A model generated the notes under the pieces. The model worked only from the letters and a program-made list of their open reading frames with translations. It searched no databases and was not told where the DNA came from. A program made the translations under genes and the position numbers. A stretch of DNA of 64,000 nt from Octopus sinensis (Eukaryota): assembly GCF_006345805.1 (NCBI RefSeq), contig NC_043006.1, positions 97,092,001-97,156,000 on the forward strand. Reading direction: 5' to 3'. Each line of letters opens with the position of its first letter. Position 1 is the first letter of the stretch. This document shows positions 39,847-52,586 of the stretch, one piece after another.

Positions 39847-40782
39847 AAAACTGGCAATTGGTGCCTGAGCAGCTCTGCAGCTGCCCAGCTTCTGCCGAAC
39901 TATCCAACCCATGCCAGCATAGAAAACGAATTAAAAATGATGATGAGGAGGATGTGTGTATGTGTGAGTGAGAGAAATAGAGAAACAGGCAGATATTGTT
40001 GGCTATTTTCTTTCACTCCCATCCACTTCTCTTCCTTTAGTATTAAATAGTTCAGTTTCCCCCCTGATAGCACTAGTTGTATTATGTAACTAACAATATT
40101 CCATCTTCTTTCACCTTCAAAAGCATGGCCACTGCACTGTAAAGAATGTAACCCATCTTAAATATGTGTCATGTAACACTGCTATCACTGTATGAAGGAG
40201 AGGTGACCAACGACAGAGATAAGTCTTTAAATTTAGAAAAGAGAAATTCACAAACTGTTTTAAATATCGAATTTCAAGTTAACGAGTTGAACTGTGTTAA
40301 TTGCTAGAAAGCATACTTCATTATTCTTTTTCAAAGAAAGGAAAAGGAAAATAAATTGTTTATGGACAATTAAATTTAAAGAAAACATACTCATGGAATT
40401 CGAAGAAAGTTTCTTTTATCAGTATGACAATGAATATATAACTGAGTTTATTCAAAGTTGATAATTAGGGTTCCAAATATTGCCAGGGATTGGACTTTGT
40501 GTGTATATTGACTACAGTAATACCCCTTGCAATGATTGTAAAGAAGGGAGATGTGAGGAGAATGAATTTACATTAAGATGTGTGCACAAAAGTGCAATGT
40601 CCCGAGATTGTATGTATGATGATGTAACTAGACAGATAGTCTAGAGGCCCTTTGTTACCAACAAGATAGCTCTCTGAACTTTGCCCTGCTTAATCTTATT
40701 CTAGCAGCTATGCTCTTGGCGCATCCACCTCCACTACTGACCTGATTACCTATATAACACAGTAGCTATCAACCACTTCTAG

Positions 40783-40837
<55 letters not shown>

Positions 40838-41179
40838 TGAATAGTCGAATATTTAGATATATATTGTGGATGTCCGCTTGCTTTACATGGTACAATCATG
40901 GTTTATATTATTATTATTTTAATATTAGTGACTTTTTGTGTGGTTATACGGACTGTTAAATATATATGCCTGCTTCAAATTTAAATGTGAGTGTACATGT
41001 ATTTCCTTGATGTTGGTTATAGAACTATGAGTTCAATATGGAACATTATTGTGTTTGTTAATGTATATTGATATATATTGTTTATATTGTATTATTGTGT
41101 ATATATATGTGTAGAATTATGAGTGTGTATGCACACATTTTTATATTTATATGTAAATTTTTTTCATACTTACATTAAA

Positions 41180-41290
41180 TTCTCTGAAGAGGCCGTGAGA
41201 CATTCTTGTTAATGTCTCATTTATACCTGCTTTATATGGCTAATAGGTTAAATGGGACATACCTGTCTTCACGGCCGAAACAGCTGTCAG
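41180..41290 (+). ncRNA. Type-I hammerhead ribozyme motif (family F)
   Basis: CT-CTGAAGA-GGCCGTGA[...]TCACGGCC-GAAA-CAGCTG-T-C-AG; palindromic helix III, only 2-bp helix I. Confidence 0.6.
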
Positions 41291-41877
41291 CTACAATGTA
41301 AATGTATTTTTATTTCTATGTCTTGTTATATTTGTAATATATTATGTATAATGTCATTACTGTTGTGTAATGGTTTAATATTGATTGGGTATTATCTGAT
41401 GGTTGATGATTGATTTAGGTATGTTTCTCCATTTTCTCATTTTGTATATATATATATATAATATATATATATGTGTGTGTGTGTGTGGTGTGTGTGGTGT
41501 GTGTGTGTTTGTTTGAAAGACCTCAGCATCTATCCACTGGTAGATCTGATGGTGTTTATTGTCTGTTGTTGCAGAATTTAAGCAACTCTTTGATTCCCTA
41601 ATATGTAACGGTCACTACAGATGTGTGTAGAAAGGGATCCTTAGTCGTAGTGAAGGCAATCTATCTAGGGAGATAACCTTATAATAAATCACTCGGTCCG
41701 TTTAGAAATACTGGGTTGACGTCCAGCGGGAACAGCTTTGTTTCATGGAGGTGGAAAGATCTTCTTTAGTACATGGTTGTACAATGCTTTCCAATGTGCG
41801 CAGTAGTGGCGCGCGCACACATTATTAGCCATTTGAAAAGACTATGAGTCTCGACCATGGTCGAAAATGATGATGAT

Positions 41878-42500
41878 GCTAGTAGAAAAGGGTTGTCAGT
41901 GGATATGAAAAAAGCAAAATTAAAACAAAAAAAAAGTGAAATAATCCAAGAGCTGAAAAGAAATCTATCTACCTATGCACAACCATGTGTAGATGAAAAC
42001 GGCACCCTGTTTGTAAACCTTGATTATAACAGGTACATGGGCAGCGTAGATCAGCTGAATCAAATAATAAGCTATTATCCAGTTGGTACACTGGGTAATA
42101 AATGATGGTGATACCTGGATGTCCTTCCTAACACACACCACCACTCCAAGCGTGTAGCCAACCATTCCAAGAGTGTTCATATTATATAGCAAATCAGGAG
42201 GGGCTTGAAGCAGCGTGACCATCTGCAGCTCTCCAAGCAACTGTAGCAACACAGTTGAGGAAACGTTATTCCTTCAACAAAATAGGACAGAAAGCCAAAG
42301 CCTGCCAGAGAGACATCCCTCTCAATTAAGCCAATCTCCACAATAAAAAAAAATTAAAAAATTGAGGGTGCCGTGAATGGCTGCATCAACAAAACTCCCA
42401 GTGGATGGACAGTTGAAACTTCTTTCCAATGGGCATTTTGCAAGGGCGCAATATGTAGAATGGGATGTTTTACAAGTTTCTATGACAGAAATATTGTGAA
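41878..42500 (+). pseudogene. piggyBac-family transposase, 3' half
   Basis: ASRKGLSVDMKKAKLKQK; DYNRYMGSVDQLNQIISYY; K*W*YL; Cys-rich tail CKGAICRMGCF. Confidence 0.85.
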
Positions 42501-43299
42501 TATTATTATTATATACCGAATATTACCGTTGATTGTTGAAGTATAAAGACGTGTTTTCACTCCTCTCCACGCTGGTCAGCAGCAAGCTTCACAGCTACAA
42601 ACGAAATTGACCGTCACTTATATTCCTATTCATTCGAAACCACGCGTTTCTCGACTCGTGAGTAGACTTTTCTTTAACTACAAATTATTTCCAGAAATTT
42701 AAGCAAAACTACACACTCTTATGAGAGAGTATTTATTTATATATACACCCCGTCAACACCTTCTGTTAACTAAAGGATCACCCACCCAATAAAAAATAGA
42801 AGAAAAAAAAGAAGAAAAGAAAGAAATTTTACTGCAAGCTCATAATTCAAATACAATCACATATTTCTAAGTATTCCAGCCAATATTCTGTACAATCTAT
42901 TTTATTCTACATACTTCTCCCTAAACAAAGAATAAATTTTTTTTTAAATGTATGATTACATTTTATAAATATTTTCAAATTTACTTTGTTTCTACTTTTT
43001 TTTGCCTGTAAATTGCAATTTACCTGTAAGGTGACAAGTTCTGATTTAACTTCTATTGTAAATCTTTATTATATACATTTTTAAGTATTCATGTATGTGT
43101 GCAAGTTTTATAAAAACACAACGGGATTTTTTCAAGCATCGAATGGTTAAGAGGGCCTATCTGAGTAAAATAGGAAACAAGAGGGTCCACAAGTAAAAAA
43201 TGGTCGAGAACACCTATTCTAGATGGTTCTTTTGCCAACAACAACCCATGCTGCTGACACATGTTTAGAGTACTGCCAGAATTGAAAAACAGTCAGCTA

Positions 43300-44350
43300 C
43301 TGTCCAGCAATGATGCCTCCAAAGAATCCATGTTAAAATCACGGTATAGCAACAGCTTGTTCATGTGAGAGGCCAAGTAACGGACCAATCACGTAACAGA
43401 TCCATCAGACATCATTTAACAGAAAACTCTTGGAGCTTCTAAGATATTCTCTAAACAAGACCTACAAATAGGCACATTTCTGAGCGCCAATTTTTAGTGT
43501 GTGGCAACATGCAGCTCAGCTCCATAAACTCTCTTGCTGTTTTTAATAATGGTTATCAGAGCTCTTATGCAACTATAAGATTCCGTTAGAGTTGGCCGAT
43601 ATGAATTCAAAGTGTATATTTTCTCCTGTCTTGGCAAGCTTAATTACAAAGCCTTCTTAATCAACAATTTGTAATAGCTACAGGATTATTTTTCACATTG
43701 TATCAAATTCGTTGCAGCAGCTATTTCACAACCAACAAGAAAATTACTTGTGCAGTGAAATAAATCTCGTTAATTTATCACAGGTGTTGTGCATTCATTA
43801 CATGCAGAACTGTCAATATTCTGTCATTTCCTATTCATGATAATCCTACCGGCCATGACATAAGTTTAAGACTGGTTCTCTATAAGAATTGCCTTAAAGC
43901 CAATGATCTAATTCTCAGAGCTGAATCTATATCAGAATTAGAGAGAAAACGCCAAGTATGGAAGACAGACCGAAAATAGAAGACAATAAATCGGGGTAAA
44001 TTATTCAATTTCAGGTAAAAGGTAAAAATAAAATTCTTGAGGGAAATGAGGACTCGTTAGACATAAATTATATAAAAAACGTGTTCCTTGCTATGACAGA
44101 AATTTTTCTTCTTCCAACACTGCATCTGTCCAACATAATGGACATGTAAATAGATTCAATAAACATTTTGAATTCAAAGAATCTATGATTTTCTTCCTTT
44201 CAAATAAAGTGGGTAACATTGGCATAAATAGATATATTTTAGGGTAATTGGTTAAAAAAGTTCCCAGACCTACAACAATTTGGCTATAAAGCAAATTTAG
44301 CAAAGACTCATCACCCACATTGTCTAATCCCTCCCTCAAACCACTTCACT
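43300..44350 (-). mobile_element. Highly decayed LINE RT fragment (L1/Tx1-like)
   Basis: Minus-strand GFVIKLAK and NSYRPTLT remnants; many stops. Confidence 0.3.
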
Positions 44351-45503
44351 CCTCCAATTGAATTTCCTCCCTACTTCAGTTTTTTTTTCCCCGATGGCAT
44401 TTAACTTGCAGGAGTAACAATATTAACAGTATCAATTTAATTAGTCCCATTAGAGCAAAAAAAAAAACAAAAAAAAACCTTACCCACTCTATAGGGTTGC
44501 CATGATATGAAAACTAAGGTACTTCCATGCATTGGACAGGCTCTGGGTTATCAAAACTGTAACCAATGAGATTAACAGGCCTAACAACTTTGAAGAATCT
44601 TAATCACTCCTCAACCAAAAATGGCCAGCTGCTTAAGTAAAAGGCTTTCCTATACACACACACACACAGCATTTGCTGTTTAGCTTACTTTGAAAACTGC
44701 AAACAATAAAACCCCTCAAAGCTTTTCTTTATTGCTCTGCAAGTCCAATTACCATGGGAAAATGTCCTGGCCATCATCATCATCAAACCTCACACTAAGG
44801 TCCTCCTCAAACTATTCAATTTATTCTGATGTTCCAAAAACTCAAAACATGGTAGGAATTGAACTTGTTTACAATATTGTTAACCCTGTTACCCTCATTA
44901 TATCAATTCTGCTTGAATGGATACAAAAAAGAAAAGATAACAAATGTTGAAAAAAAAAACAAAAAAAAAACAAAAAAACAAAAAAAACAGTGAAAAGTAA
45001 CGCCAGGAAGTGCCACAGGTTTCTATCAGCCAAACTAATAAAGAAAAAAAACAAACAAAAGCTAAAAAAAAAAATAAAAAATATAATAACAAAATGCTTC
45101 TTGAAAGCAAAAGTGAAAAGTTTCAATATTCACTCGGATGTTTCTCTTCTTGCAACAGCTGTTTCCAAATATCCAACTACCAACACTGATACATTTCCAA
45201 GGTTGCTGTGCACCTTCAGGATCCGCCAATGCAAAGAATCAAGTAAAGGTCCCTTCAAAGAGATAATAATAATAATAATAATAATAATAATGGCTTTAAA
45301 TTTTGCCACAAAGGCAGCAGTTTTAGGGGCAGGGATGAGTCAATTACATTCACCCCAGTTTTCAACAGGTATTTATTCTATCAACCCCAAAAGGATGAAA
45401 AGCAAAGTCAACCTCAGTACAATTTGAACTCAGAACATAGCGATAGGTGATATACCACTAAGCATTTTGCCCAGCATGCTAACAATTCTGCCAGCTCACC
45501 ACC

Positions 45504-45536
<33 letters not shown>

Positions 45537-45589
45537 TGATAATGATTTCAAATTTTGGCACAAAGCTAGCAATTTAGAGGGAGGGTGCT

Positions 45590-45870
45590 AGTGGCATATA
45601 AAAAGCACCATCCGTTCGTGGACGGTGGCACATTAAAAGCACCATCCGATCGTGGCCGTTTGCCAGACTCGTCTGGTACCTGTGCCGGTGGCACGTAAAA
45701 AGCACCCACTACACTCATGGAGTGGTTGGCATTAGGAAGGGCATCCAGCTGTAGAAACATTGCCAGAAACTGGGCCTGGTGCAGCCTTCTGGCTTCCCAG
45801 ACCCCAGTTGAACCGTCCAACCCATGCTAGCATGGAAAGTGGACGCTAAACGATGATGATGATGATGAAC
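45590..45870 (+). mobile_element. RTE-tailed SINE/LINE 3' end ending in (GAT)n
   Basis: GGTTGGCATTAGGAAGGGCATCCAGC..GGACGCTAAACGATGATGAT; copies at 50520-50900, 51720-51975, 55722-56155(-), 59176-59411, and a piece in every ankyrin unit. Confidence 0.8.
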
Positions 45871-45982
45871 CCAGTCCTTATTTTCTCAACCCTGAGAGGA
45901 TTAAAGGTAAAAATCAACCTTGGTGGAATTTGAGCTCACAACAAAGCCAGATGAAATATTGTTAAGCATTTTGCCCATCATA

Positions 45983-46360
45983 CTCTTTTACTTGTTTCAG
46001 TCATTTGACTGTGGCCATGCTGGAGCACCGCCTTTAGTCGAGCAAATCGACCCCGGGACTTATTCTTTGTAAGCCCAGTACTTATTCTATCGGTCTCTTT
46101 TGCCGAACCGCTAAGTGACGGGGGACGTAAATACACCAGCATCGGTTGTCAAGCAATGCTAGAGGAACAAACACACACACATATATATACATATATACGA
46201 CAGGCTTCTTTCAGTTTCCATCTACCAAATTCACTCACAAGGCTTTGGTCGGCCCGGGGCTATAGCAGAAGACACTTGCCCAAGATGCCACGCAGTGGGA
46301 CTGAACCCGGAACCATGTGGTTGGTTAGCAAGCTACTTACCACACAGCCACTCCTGCGCC
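45983..46360 (-). mobile_element. CORE-type SINE, full length
   Basis: Colinear with 7767-8167. Confidence 0.85.
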
Positions 46361-46977
46361 TAACAATTGCTAACAATTCGGCCAACTTGTTGCCTTGTAA
46401 CTGATGGTTTGAAATTTTGACACAAGACCAGTAGTTTTAGGGAGAGGATAATTTGATTACATCAATCCCCAGTACTTGGCTGGTCCATATTTTATTGACC
46501 CCTAAAAGCATGAAAAGCAAAACTGACCAGAATGAAATTTGAACCTTGGACGTAAAACCAGATGAAATACCACTAAGCATGCCAATAATTCTGCCAGCTT
46601 GCCCACCTTGTATCATAATAATTATGTTGTTGATTGGTTCAAATTTTGGCACAAGGCCAACCATTTCGAGGGCAGGGTTCATTGATTACATAAACCCAAG
46701 TACTCAATTGGAACTTATCTTTATCAAATCTTGAAAGGATGAAGGGCAAAATCAACCTTGGCAACATCTGAACTCAGAAAGTAGCTACATGTTTGCTGGT
46801 GAGAGAGAAAAACTGTATCACAGAAACAATCAGCTGTAAACATGTGTCATCATAGCCATGTAGGATAGGCTTTTGCAGAGTGCTGATGACACTACAACAA
46901 GAGTCTCCTACATTCAGAATGAGGAGTGCCTTTGGACCAAGCCATTGCATTACTTCATTCTGATTTTCTCAAGGTAT

Positions 46978-47749
46978 TGTAGTGATGCCATCTTGGAAAT
47001 CTCCAGCACGCATGCGCAGAGCTGGATTCTTCCAGGAGGCCTGCCAGAAGTTCCCTCATGCGCATGCGCAGAGCTGGATTCTTCCGGGAGGCCCGCCAGA
47101 AGTTCCCTTATGCGCATGTGCAGAGCTGGATTCTTCCGGGAGGCCCGCCAGAAGTTCCCTTATGCGCAGAGCTGGATTCTTCCGGGAGGCCCGCCGGAAG
47201 TTCCCTCATGCGCATGCACAGAGCTGGATTCTTCCAGGAGGCCCGCCGGAAGTTCCCTCATGCGCAGAGCTGGATTCTTCCAGGAGGCCCGCCAGAAGTT
47301 CCCTCATGCGCAGAGCTGGATTCTTCCGGGAGGCCCGCCAGACGTTTGCGCATGCGCAGAGCTGGATTCTTCCTGGAGGCCCGCCAGAAGTTCCCTCATG
47401 CGCATACGCAGAAAACTAGCAGCAGCGAAATTCCCTTGTATCGTTCTCTCGAACGCCAGCAGCTGAACAAGACAGTCGTGTTTTATCAGCTCTCTCAAAC
47501 TGCTACCTCGTGGCGTGTCTCTGCTATGCCTGAACGGACAGGATTTGGCTCACTCCACTTGACTACTGTGATAAGCTCCTAGGCTGCCGATTCGCCCAGA
47601 AAGAAGAATGTATACATTGCGAATCAAGAAATAAATATTTATACTGTTGAAGTTAAATCGGAAGTCTTGACTCTTTCCTTCGATTAATATTTAATGTAAA
47701 AGGATGCGAGCTGCACCCTTCCAGTGCAGGGACCTCCCATCCTGTTACA
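46978..47749 (+). mobile_element. Solo LTR with perfect 4-bp TSD
   Basis: GTAT|TGTAGTGATGC...ATCCTGTTACA|GTAT; same termini as 34638-35075; AATAAA at ~47631. Confidence 0.9.
47010..47408 (+). promoter_or_regulatory. 8 tandem 46/52-bp repeats in the LTR carrying NRF1-like, GC-box and ETS-like motifs
   Basis: Unit GCGCAGAGCTGGATTCTTCCRGGAGGCCCGCCRGAAGTTCCCTCAT(GCGCAT); TGCGCATGCGCA, CCCGCC and CCGGAAGT are visible. Confidence 0.6.
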
Positions 47750-47965
47750 GTATTTTCTCAGCAGAGATATTGGGATTGTTTGTCATTGCCTCACTCCAGC
47801 TGGATGGAGAGAGGTCCACAGGGAGCTCAGCCATCGTTCAATAGATCTTGTTTTTAGTCCTACTGGGTGTGACCGATTTCATAAAGAATGTTAATGAAAA
47901 AGGGGGATGGGGTGATGGCTAACAGCACAGAAAGGTTAACGAAAACAAAAAATAAATGATGGATT

Positions 47966-48366
47966 ACATTGTATATATAAAAGTGAGGTTGTGTGCTGTC
48001 TGTCTCCTACGATTTAGATTCCTAACTACTCCCACATTTTGCGGTGCAGTTTAACCAAAACCGGGTATCTTATAGTCGTGATTCATATCGAGCCCTTCTG
48101 GGTATTAGTGCGCGTCTACGATGAGTCTACGATTTAAAAAAAAATTTACCATCATTTTTTTCCATTTTAATGCATTTTTTCGCTATTATATAAGGGAAAT
48201 GACTCTAAAAATGTCTACGATGAGTCAACGATTTAAAAAAAAGTTTACCATCATTTTTTCCCCATTTTTAATGCATTTTTTTGCTATTTTTCGGCTATAA
48301 CTCTCTAAAAATGCTTATATAGTTATTTCCATTACAAACCCGTCCAACGCCGGGCGATACTGCTAG
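47966..48366 (+). mobile_element. Non-autonomous Helitron, second copy
   Basis: Ends CCCGTCCAACGCCGGGCGATACTGCTAG|T; reverse complement of 3755-4155. Confidence 0.75.
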
Positions 48367-49203
48367 TTGTATATATTGGCATCCAATATAATTTCTCGAT
48401 ACCCAGGTATTATGAGAGAAAGAGAGAGAGACTAATGACAAGTTAAGATTTACTACCGAGAGAGAAGAGGCAGGTGAATGATGGGGGAATCACATGGTTT
48501 CAGGTTCAGTTCCACTATATGGTACTATAGGCCAAAGCCTTCAACTAGAGCCTCAATCTGACCAGTGCTTAGGTAGATGGAATCTGAAAAAAGCAGGATA
48601 TATACACATCTGTGTATATACATGTTTGAGTGAGTGAGTGTGCACGTGTAGGCTCAGGTGTTTGTATTTTTGCCTCAACACTGTATGACAAATGCAAATA
48701 AGCCTTATTCTTAATCTTCCATGCAAACTTATCAGACCATGGGAAAATATTAGCTTGTTTGGAGACAGCTAAGAGACGGCGACAAGAGCACCTAACCATA
48801 TAAATTTCTGCTTCAATGAATTCCGTTTAATCCATGAAGGCAGAGAAAAGTGGAAGTGAAAATAAAAACAGAAACTCATTTTCTTTCAAAGAGAATAAGC
48901 TTTATGCCTTTTTCTTTTTAAAATTACTTATATATTCAATTTGTTTTATGTTATTAGACAAATAACATTTTGTATTAGTTTTTTGATGTATTGTGTGTTA
49001 TTGGTTTACACTACATTCCAAAATTTTCATGTAAATACAAAAAAACTGATGCTAACATCGTCTTTATATGGGCTATTTGCTACAGTAAAACTAAGTTTTA
49101 AAAAACAAAAACAAAACTATTAATTAAATTGAGCATACCTTTTTTTCAATCTGTGTGTACATGTGTGTATATGTAAAGAGACAGAGAAATACTACCGTGT
49201 TAA

Positions 49204-49424
49204 CCCTTTTGTTACCAAACCGGCTGAAACTGGCTCTGGCTCTGTTGTACAAATGTCTTGTTTTCTTAAGGTTTCAATTAAAATCTTCCACCAAACCTTA
49301 GTCACAATTTATGTTCCTAATATAAGCTGAATGATAACTAAGTTATTTTACTAAATTCTTTATTATATTTAAAGTAATTGAAAGAAACACAGAACATCTC
49401 AAAATAAATACAGTAACGAAAGGG
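49204..49424. mobile_element. piggyBac-type MITE
   Basis: TTAA|CCCTTTTGTTAC...GTAACGAAAGGG|TTAA. Confidence 0.85.
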
Positions 49425-49439
49425 TTAATACCATATAAC

Positions 49440-49678
49440 AAAAATTCTCAACATTATTTACATTAGATGGATATTTGTCCTCATTATGTTTGTTATTAAC
49501 ACAATGTTTCAGATGATATACCCTCCAGCCTTCATCAGGTGTCTTGGGGAAATTTCGAACCTGGGTTTTCAGTCCTAAGGTATTTTGCGATATTACTATT
49601 ATTATTATTCATGTCACTGCCTGGAATCGAATTCATAATCTTGGGGTTAATAGCCCACGCTCTTAACCAATACGCCAT
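49440..49678 (-). mobile_element. tRNA-headed hammerhead-tailed element, copy 2
   Basis: Head 49613-49678, (AAT)n, then GACAC-CTGATGA-A-GGCTG..CATCT-GAAA-CATT-GTGTT at 49498-49543. Confidence 0.7.
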
Positions 49679-49689
49679 TATTCAAATTA

Positions 49690-50520
49690 TCTCAGGCAGA
49701 TTGTAAGATACCTGTGTGTAAACAGCTATGCTACACAGCAGTGAAACATGGGTTGTGACAGCTGAGGACATGCATAGGCTTCAAAGAAATGAAGCCAGTA
49801 TGCTTCGCTAGATATGCATGCTAATAGAGTGTAAACATCTTGAGAGAAAAGTCGAGCATAAGAAGCATCAGATGTGATGTGCAAGAGAGACAACTGTGCT
49901 GGTATGGTCATGTGATACAGATGGATGAAGACAGCTGTGTAAAGAAGTGCTAATTTCTGTGGAGGGAACCTGTGGTGGAGGTAGACTCAAGAAGACATGG
50001 GATGAGGTGGTGAAGCATGATCTTCCAACTTTGCGCCTCACAGACGCAATGGATGGAAGCACTCCGTCGGTTACGACGACGAGGGTTCCGGTTGATCTGA
50101 ATCAACGGAACAGCTTGCTCGTGAAATTAACGTGTAAGTGGCTGAGCACTCCACAGACACGTTCACCCTTAACGTAGTTCTCGGGGATATTCAGCGTGAC
50201 ACAGAGAGTGACAAGGCCGGCCCTTTGAAATACAGATACAACAGAAACAGGAAAAAAGAGTGAGAGAAAGTTGTGGTGAAAGAGTACAGCAGGGATCACC
50301 ACCATTCCCTGCCGGGGCCTCATGGAGCTTTAGGTGTTTTCACTCAATAAAAATTCACAACGCCCGGTCTGGGAATTGAAACCGTGATCTTATGACCGCG
50401 AGTCCGCTGCCCTAACCACTGGGCCATTGCGCCTCCACACAGACGCAATGACTAGTGATGGAAACTTTTGGCAATATGCTGTGCTTGAGAAAACCCGTCA
50501 AGCCAACTGAAATCATAGTC
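49690..50520 (+). mobile_element. RTE LINE 3' ORF2 fragment interrupted by a SINE
   Basis: SETWVVTAEDMHRLQRNEASML; WYGHVIQMDEDSCVKKC; GRLKKTWDEVVKHDL. Confidence 0.75.
50052..50437 (-). mobile_element. tRNA-derived SINE family 2 with TSD
   Basis: 13-bp TSD CACAGACGCAATG at 50039-50051 and 50438-50450. Confidence 0.9.
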
Positions 50521-52189
50521 ATGGCTGATGGTTTGTAACTGGCACCAATGACAGTGGCACATAAAAAGCACCTTTTGAGTGTTGGGCCTCACAGAGGCAA
50601 AGTGGCTGAGCTCCTTTCAAGAGTTGGGTCTCATGAAGACAATGACCAAGACCTTTGGCATTATGTCCAGCTTGAGAAGACCCGTCAAGTAAAATCACAA
50701 CTGTGGCAGATACTAATATCATGCAAATGGTACATAAAAGCACCCATTACATTCTCAGAGTAGTTGGCGTTGGGAAGAGCATCCAGCTGTAGAAACCATG
50801 CCAAATCAGACTGGAGTCTGGTGCAGCCTTCTAGCTTGCCAGCCCTGGTCAAACTGTTCAACCCAAGCCAGCATGGACAACAGATGCTAAATGATGATGA
50901 ATCGACCCCAATACTTGTTTCCAGTTTTAAAGCAGTGGTGGGAAACAAACACAAAGACACACACGACGGTCTTCTTTCAGTTTCCGTCTATCAAATTCAC
51001 TCACAAAGCTTTGGTTGGCCTGATACTTGCCCAAGGTGAAACACAGTGGGACTGAACCTAGAAATATGTGGTTGGGAAGCAAGCTTCTTACCACACAGCC
51101 ATATGGACCAAACAGAATCCACTGAAGCAGATTTACAGCCAGATACACTTCCTATTGCAACCAAACATCGCTGCTTGTTTGATAGAGATGATCATTTACA
51201 ATTAGTTTGCGATGTCAAGACAAGGCAATTATGAGCACACACACACACACGATGGGCTCCTTTCAGTTTCCGTCTAGCACTTACAAGGATTTTTTCAGAT
51301 TGGGGCTGTAGTAGAAGGCACTTAACCCATGGTGTTACTCAATGGGGTTGTGCCAGTGCCCATATGATTACAATGTGAATTTCTTAGCCACAGTCATGTC
51401 TGTATCCACACACACACAAATGATGAAATACGAGCACAATAATAATGAAACCATCAAGCATCAAATCCTGTACTAGACTGGTACTATATAATTTTAGTGA
51501 CCCCAGAGGGATGAGGAAAGACTAAGTTGACCTCTATGAGATTTGAATACAGAATGTAAAAAGAAGAAATACAGCAAGACATTTTGTCCAAGATTTTAAT
51601 GGTTCAGCCAAGCCACAATTTCTGACTCAGACACAAGGCCAGAAATTTAGCTAAGTAAATTGGACCCAGGACTTGACTCGGAACCCTTGTTAATTGAATG
51701 ACAATAATATTATAGTAATATGCCAGCCTCGCCTGGCCTCCGTGCCGGTGGCACATAAAAAGCACCATCCGATCGTGGCCGTTTGCCAGACTCGTCTGGC
51801 ACGTAAAAAGCATCCACTACACTCATGGAGTGATTGGCGTTAGGAAGGGCATCTAGCCGTAGAAACATTGCCAGATCAAACTGGGCCTGGTGCAGCCTTC
51901 TGGCTTCCCAGACCCCAGTTGAACCGTCCAACCCATGCTAGCATGGAAAGCGGATGCTAAACGATGAACGATGATAAGTATATACAAATCAACAACCATG
52001 ATTGTAGAGTCCAAGAAGTATAAAGTTCCAATTGAGATGAGGATCCAAGAGAGGAGGAAAAGGAAGTTCGGTCAGGCTGGATCAAACTGCATATAAGTAG
52101 ATATACATGCTCACACGAATACATTTATAGGTTATGTCTGCAGAGATACATTGTGTCCAAGCACTTATAACATGGATACACAACTCTCT

Positions 52190-52586
52190 TTACTCTTACT
52201 TTTTTATTTGTTTCAGTCATTTGACTGTGGCCATGCTGGAGCACTGCCTTCAGTCGAGCAAATCAACCCCAGGACTTATTCTTTGTAAGCCTAGTACTTA
52301 TTGTATCGGTCTCTTTTGCAGAACCGCTAAGTTACGGGGACATAAACACACCAGCATCGGTTGTCAAGTGATGTCGGGGGGGACAAATACAGACACACGA
52401 AGATATATACACACACATACATATATACAACGGGCTTCTTTCAGTTTCCATCTACCAAATCCACTCACAAGGCTTTGGTCGGCCCAAAGCTATAGTAGAA
52501 GACACTTGCCCAAGGTTCCACGCAGTGGGACTGAACCCGGAACCATGTGGTTCGTAAGTAAGCTACTTACCACACAGCCACTCCTA
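52190..52586 (-). mobile_element. CORE-type SINE, full length
   Basis: Colinear with 7767-8167. Confidence 0.85.

Noticed and set aside
41826-43150. Defined piggyBac TIR pair for the split element
   Set aside because: AATGG|TTAA at ~43150 and TTAGCCATT at ~41826 share only a few bases; no matching left end found before 34378 (may lie in the gap).
46873-47582. 145-197-aa repetitive ORFs
   Set aside because: Arise from the GC-rich tandem repeat within a TSD-bounded solo LTR.
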